DNA of 64,000 nt from Octopus bimaculoides (lineage: Eukaryota), in assembly GCF_001194135.2 (NCBI RefSeq), contig NC_068985.1, forward strand, positions 25,528,796-25,592,795, read 5' to 3'. Of this stretch, positions 1 through 64,000 are shown in pieces; within the stretch, counting starts at the first letter, position 1; each line of letters opens with the position of its first letter. Below the pieces are notes generated by a model. That model was given only the letters and a program-made list of their open reading frames with translations, had not been told where the DNA came from and made no database searches. The translations under genes were made by a program, and so were the position numbers.

Positions 1-55
1 ATATATGAATGATGTGTAACAGAAATTTTGGCAAGAGAAATTTATGCAGTCTTAC

Positions 56-61280
<61,225 letters not shown>

Positions 61281-61728
61281 CTGAAAATACAATATATATA
61301 ATATTAATATACATATAAATTATTTATTTACTTGTTTCATTCTTTGAATACAAACGTTTTATGGCACTGGTTTCAAGGTTCTTTTAAGTTCATTATATTA
61401 ACTCTAATACTTAGTGCAACACTAAATTTATTATTTTCTGTTTATTGAAAGACATTGACATAGATAATAAAAAAAAAAAAGGCCCCCTTTTGGTCATGAA
61501 TGACCATGGGATTGCTCCTGGAAAGTTTTCTTCTGAGGTACAAGTCAAGGCAAAGGCCAGTACTGCTTGGCACCAGTGATATTGTAACTCATTTCTAGAG
61601 CTGAGTGAACTGCAACAACATGAAATAAAGTGTCTTTAACAACAAACGAGATGAGGACAAATATCCGTTTAATGTAAATAATATACATAATTCCTCATTT
61701 CTTAAATATAAAACTATACATATATGTA

Positions 61729-61783
<55 letters not shown>

Positions 61784-62009
61784 NNNNNNNNNNNNNNNNN
61801 NNNNNNNNNNNNNNNNNNNNNNNNNNNNNNNNNNNNNNNNNNNNNNNNNNNNNNNNNNNNNNNNNNNNNNNNNNNNNNNNNNNNNNNNNNNNNNNNNNNN
61901 NNNNNNNNNNNNNNNNNNNNNNNNNNNNNNNNNNNNNNNNNNNNNNNNNNNNNNNNNNNNNNNNNNNNNNNNNNNNNNNNNNNNNNNNNNNNNNNNNNNN
62001 NNNNNNNNN

Positions 62010-62051
<42 letters not shown>

Positions 62052-62224
62052 TATTTCTGTGTGAGTTAGAGGTTGAGAAACCAACTAAGGGAGAGTACCT
62101 ATCCAATATACTGTTGGTAGTGTACCAAATTTGTCATGCCCAAGTGCTAGTTATTCCATGGCAATCTTGTAATTGAGTGTTATATATGAGCAGGGATAAA
62201 AACTGGTTTACCCTTGATTTATAT

Positions 62225-62880
62225 GCCAAATAAGAATGTGGAGAGGATACAAAATGGACAGACATCAGCTGGTAAACATTCCAGTACGTCTATTTATTCC
62301 AATGTATTAGAATATATTAGATAAATACATACACATTTATTAGTAGTACAGCATATCAAATATAAAGAGTTGGTAATTGCGAGAACAAGGGTGTGGAAAC
62401 ATATAATCATATAGGAGCAGGTGTTTGAATGAGTACATGAGCAAATGAGCAGATTGCCAGTAGGTGCTAGTTCCTTACGGCCGTTTCTGCCAAGAGGCAA
62501 CGAAATCTTCCAGGTTGTCTCCACCTCTACAGTGTTATGTAGGGATCAGCAGGTAAGACTTGGACAATGAATGTGCCTCTAGGCTTCTTCAGAGGATCTA
62601 AGTGGTTGGGAGGGCTAACACATATAAAAACAGTTAATAATAGATACAGTGTGTTTGTCTTTTCAAAAAAGAGAAGGTAAAGAATAGGAATAAGAACTAG
62701 AACAAACATGAGGATGTGAGTGAAGTACATCTTAGTATAATGATTTGGGTACAGCAAATCATTAATAAATGTGTATGTATTCATCTAACACATTCTAATA
62801 CACAGGAATAAATAGACATACTGGAAAGTTTAGCAGGTGATGTATGTCCGTTTTGTATCCTCTCCACTTTCTTATTTGCC
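62225..62880. mobile_element. Fold-back element with about 120-bp inverted arms
   Basis: GCCAAATAAGAATGTGGAGAGGATACAAAATGGAC..CATACACATTTATT mirrored at 62762-62880; TA-rich flanks. Confidence 0.75.
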
Positions 62881-63931
62881 GTATATATATATATATATAT
62901 ACACATATACATACATATATATGTACATTCATATATATACATATATATGTATACATATATATGTATACATATATACATATAANNNNNNNNNNNNNNNNNN
63001 NNNNNNNNNNNNNNNNNNNNNNNNNNNNNNNNNNNNNNNNNNNNNNNNNNNNNNNNNNNNNNNNNNNNNNNNNNNNNNNNNNNNNNNNNNNNNNNNNNNN
63101 NNNNNNNNNNNNNNNNNNNNNNNNNNNNNNNNNNNNNNNNNNNNNNNNNNNNNNNNNNNNNNNNNNNNNNNNNNNNNNNNNNNNNNNNNNNNNNNNNNNN
63201 NNNNNNNNNNNNNNNNNNNNNNNNNNNNNNNNNNNNNNNNNNNNNNNNNNNNNNNNNNNNNNNNNNNNNNNNNNNNNNNNNNNNNNNNNNNNNNNNNNNN
63301 NNNNNNNNNNNNNNNNNNNNNNNNNNNNNNNNNNNNNNNNNNNNNNNNNNNNNNNNNNNNNNNNNNNNNNNNNNNNNNNNNNNNNNNNNNNNNNNNNNNN
63401 NNNNNNNNNNNNNNNNNNNNNNNNNNNNNNNNNNNNNNNNNNNNNNNNNNNNNNNNNNNNNNNNNNNNNNNNNNNNNNNNNNNNNNNNNNNNNNNNNNNN
63501 NNNNNNNNNNNNNNNNNNNNNNCCGTTTTGTATCCTCTCCACTTTCTTATTTGCCGTATATATATATATATATATACACACACATCACATATACATACCA
63601 CCTTGGGCAAATGTCCTCTACTATAGCCTCAGGCTGATTAAAGCCTTGTGAATGGATTTGGTAGACAGAAACTAAAAGAAGCCTGTCGTATGTGTGTGTG
63701 TATTTATATGATTGTGTCTGTGTGTGTCCCCAACATCACTTGGCAATCAATGCTGGTGTGTTTAAATCCCCATAACTTAGCGGCTCGGCATAAGGCACCA
63801 ATAGAATAAGTACTGGGCTTGCAAAGAATAAGTCCTGGAGTCGATTTGCTCAACTAAAAGTGGTACTCCAGCATGGCCACATTAAAAGAATAAAAGGATA
63901 AAAGAATATGCATATATATATATTTATATGT

Positions 63932-64000
<69 letters not shown>

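Noticed and set aside
62527-62784. Candidate next upstream cadherin exon
   Set aside because: No cadherin motifs; it lies inside a fold-back repeat. The exon preceding A1 is probably beyond 64000 or in a gap.
62848-63580. Same ~50 nt on both sides of the 540-N gap, and long X-containing ORFs
   Set aside because: Gap-flank duplication is a typical scaffolding artefact; ORFs running through N or (TA)n/(CA)n tracts are not real.

Overview
AT-rich eukaryotic genomic DNA, rich in microsatellites, with 11 N-gaps mostly bordered by (TA)n. The repeat families look like those of octopus/coleoid cephalopods; this is an inference, and an Octopus short-read assembly is most likely. One minus-strand gene spans the whole window and continues past both edges: the middle of a very large atypical cadherin. 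I traced 35 consecutive exons by hand (56..61280). All have GT-AG boundaries, all are phase 0, and together they give an open 5,535-nt (1,845-aa) frame encoding about 17 extracellular cadherin (EC) repeats. Exons alternate strictly between type A (174-192 nt: F-G strands, linker, A-B strands of the next repeat) and type B (120-147 nt: C-D-E strands). The canonical Ca2+ motifs are remodelled: DxNDN becomes mostly (R/K)NxxxP and LDRE is absent. The side-chain ligands of Ca2+ site 3 are mostly kept, and a few linkers lose them together. Introns hold tRNA-derived SINEs (several with intact TSDs), decayed LINE fragments (RTE, CR1, L1/Tx1, RLE-type, Penelope-like), mariner/hAT/piggyBac MITEs and many fold-back hairpins. 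No signal peptide, TM or cytoplasmic exons, RNA genes or CRISPR arrays are visible. Exon coordinates were counted by hand; repeat boundaries are approximate unless a TSD is given.
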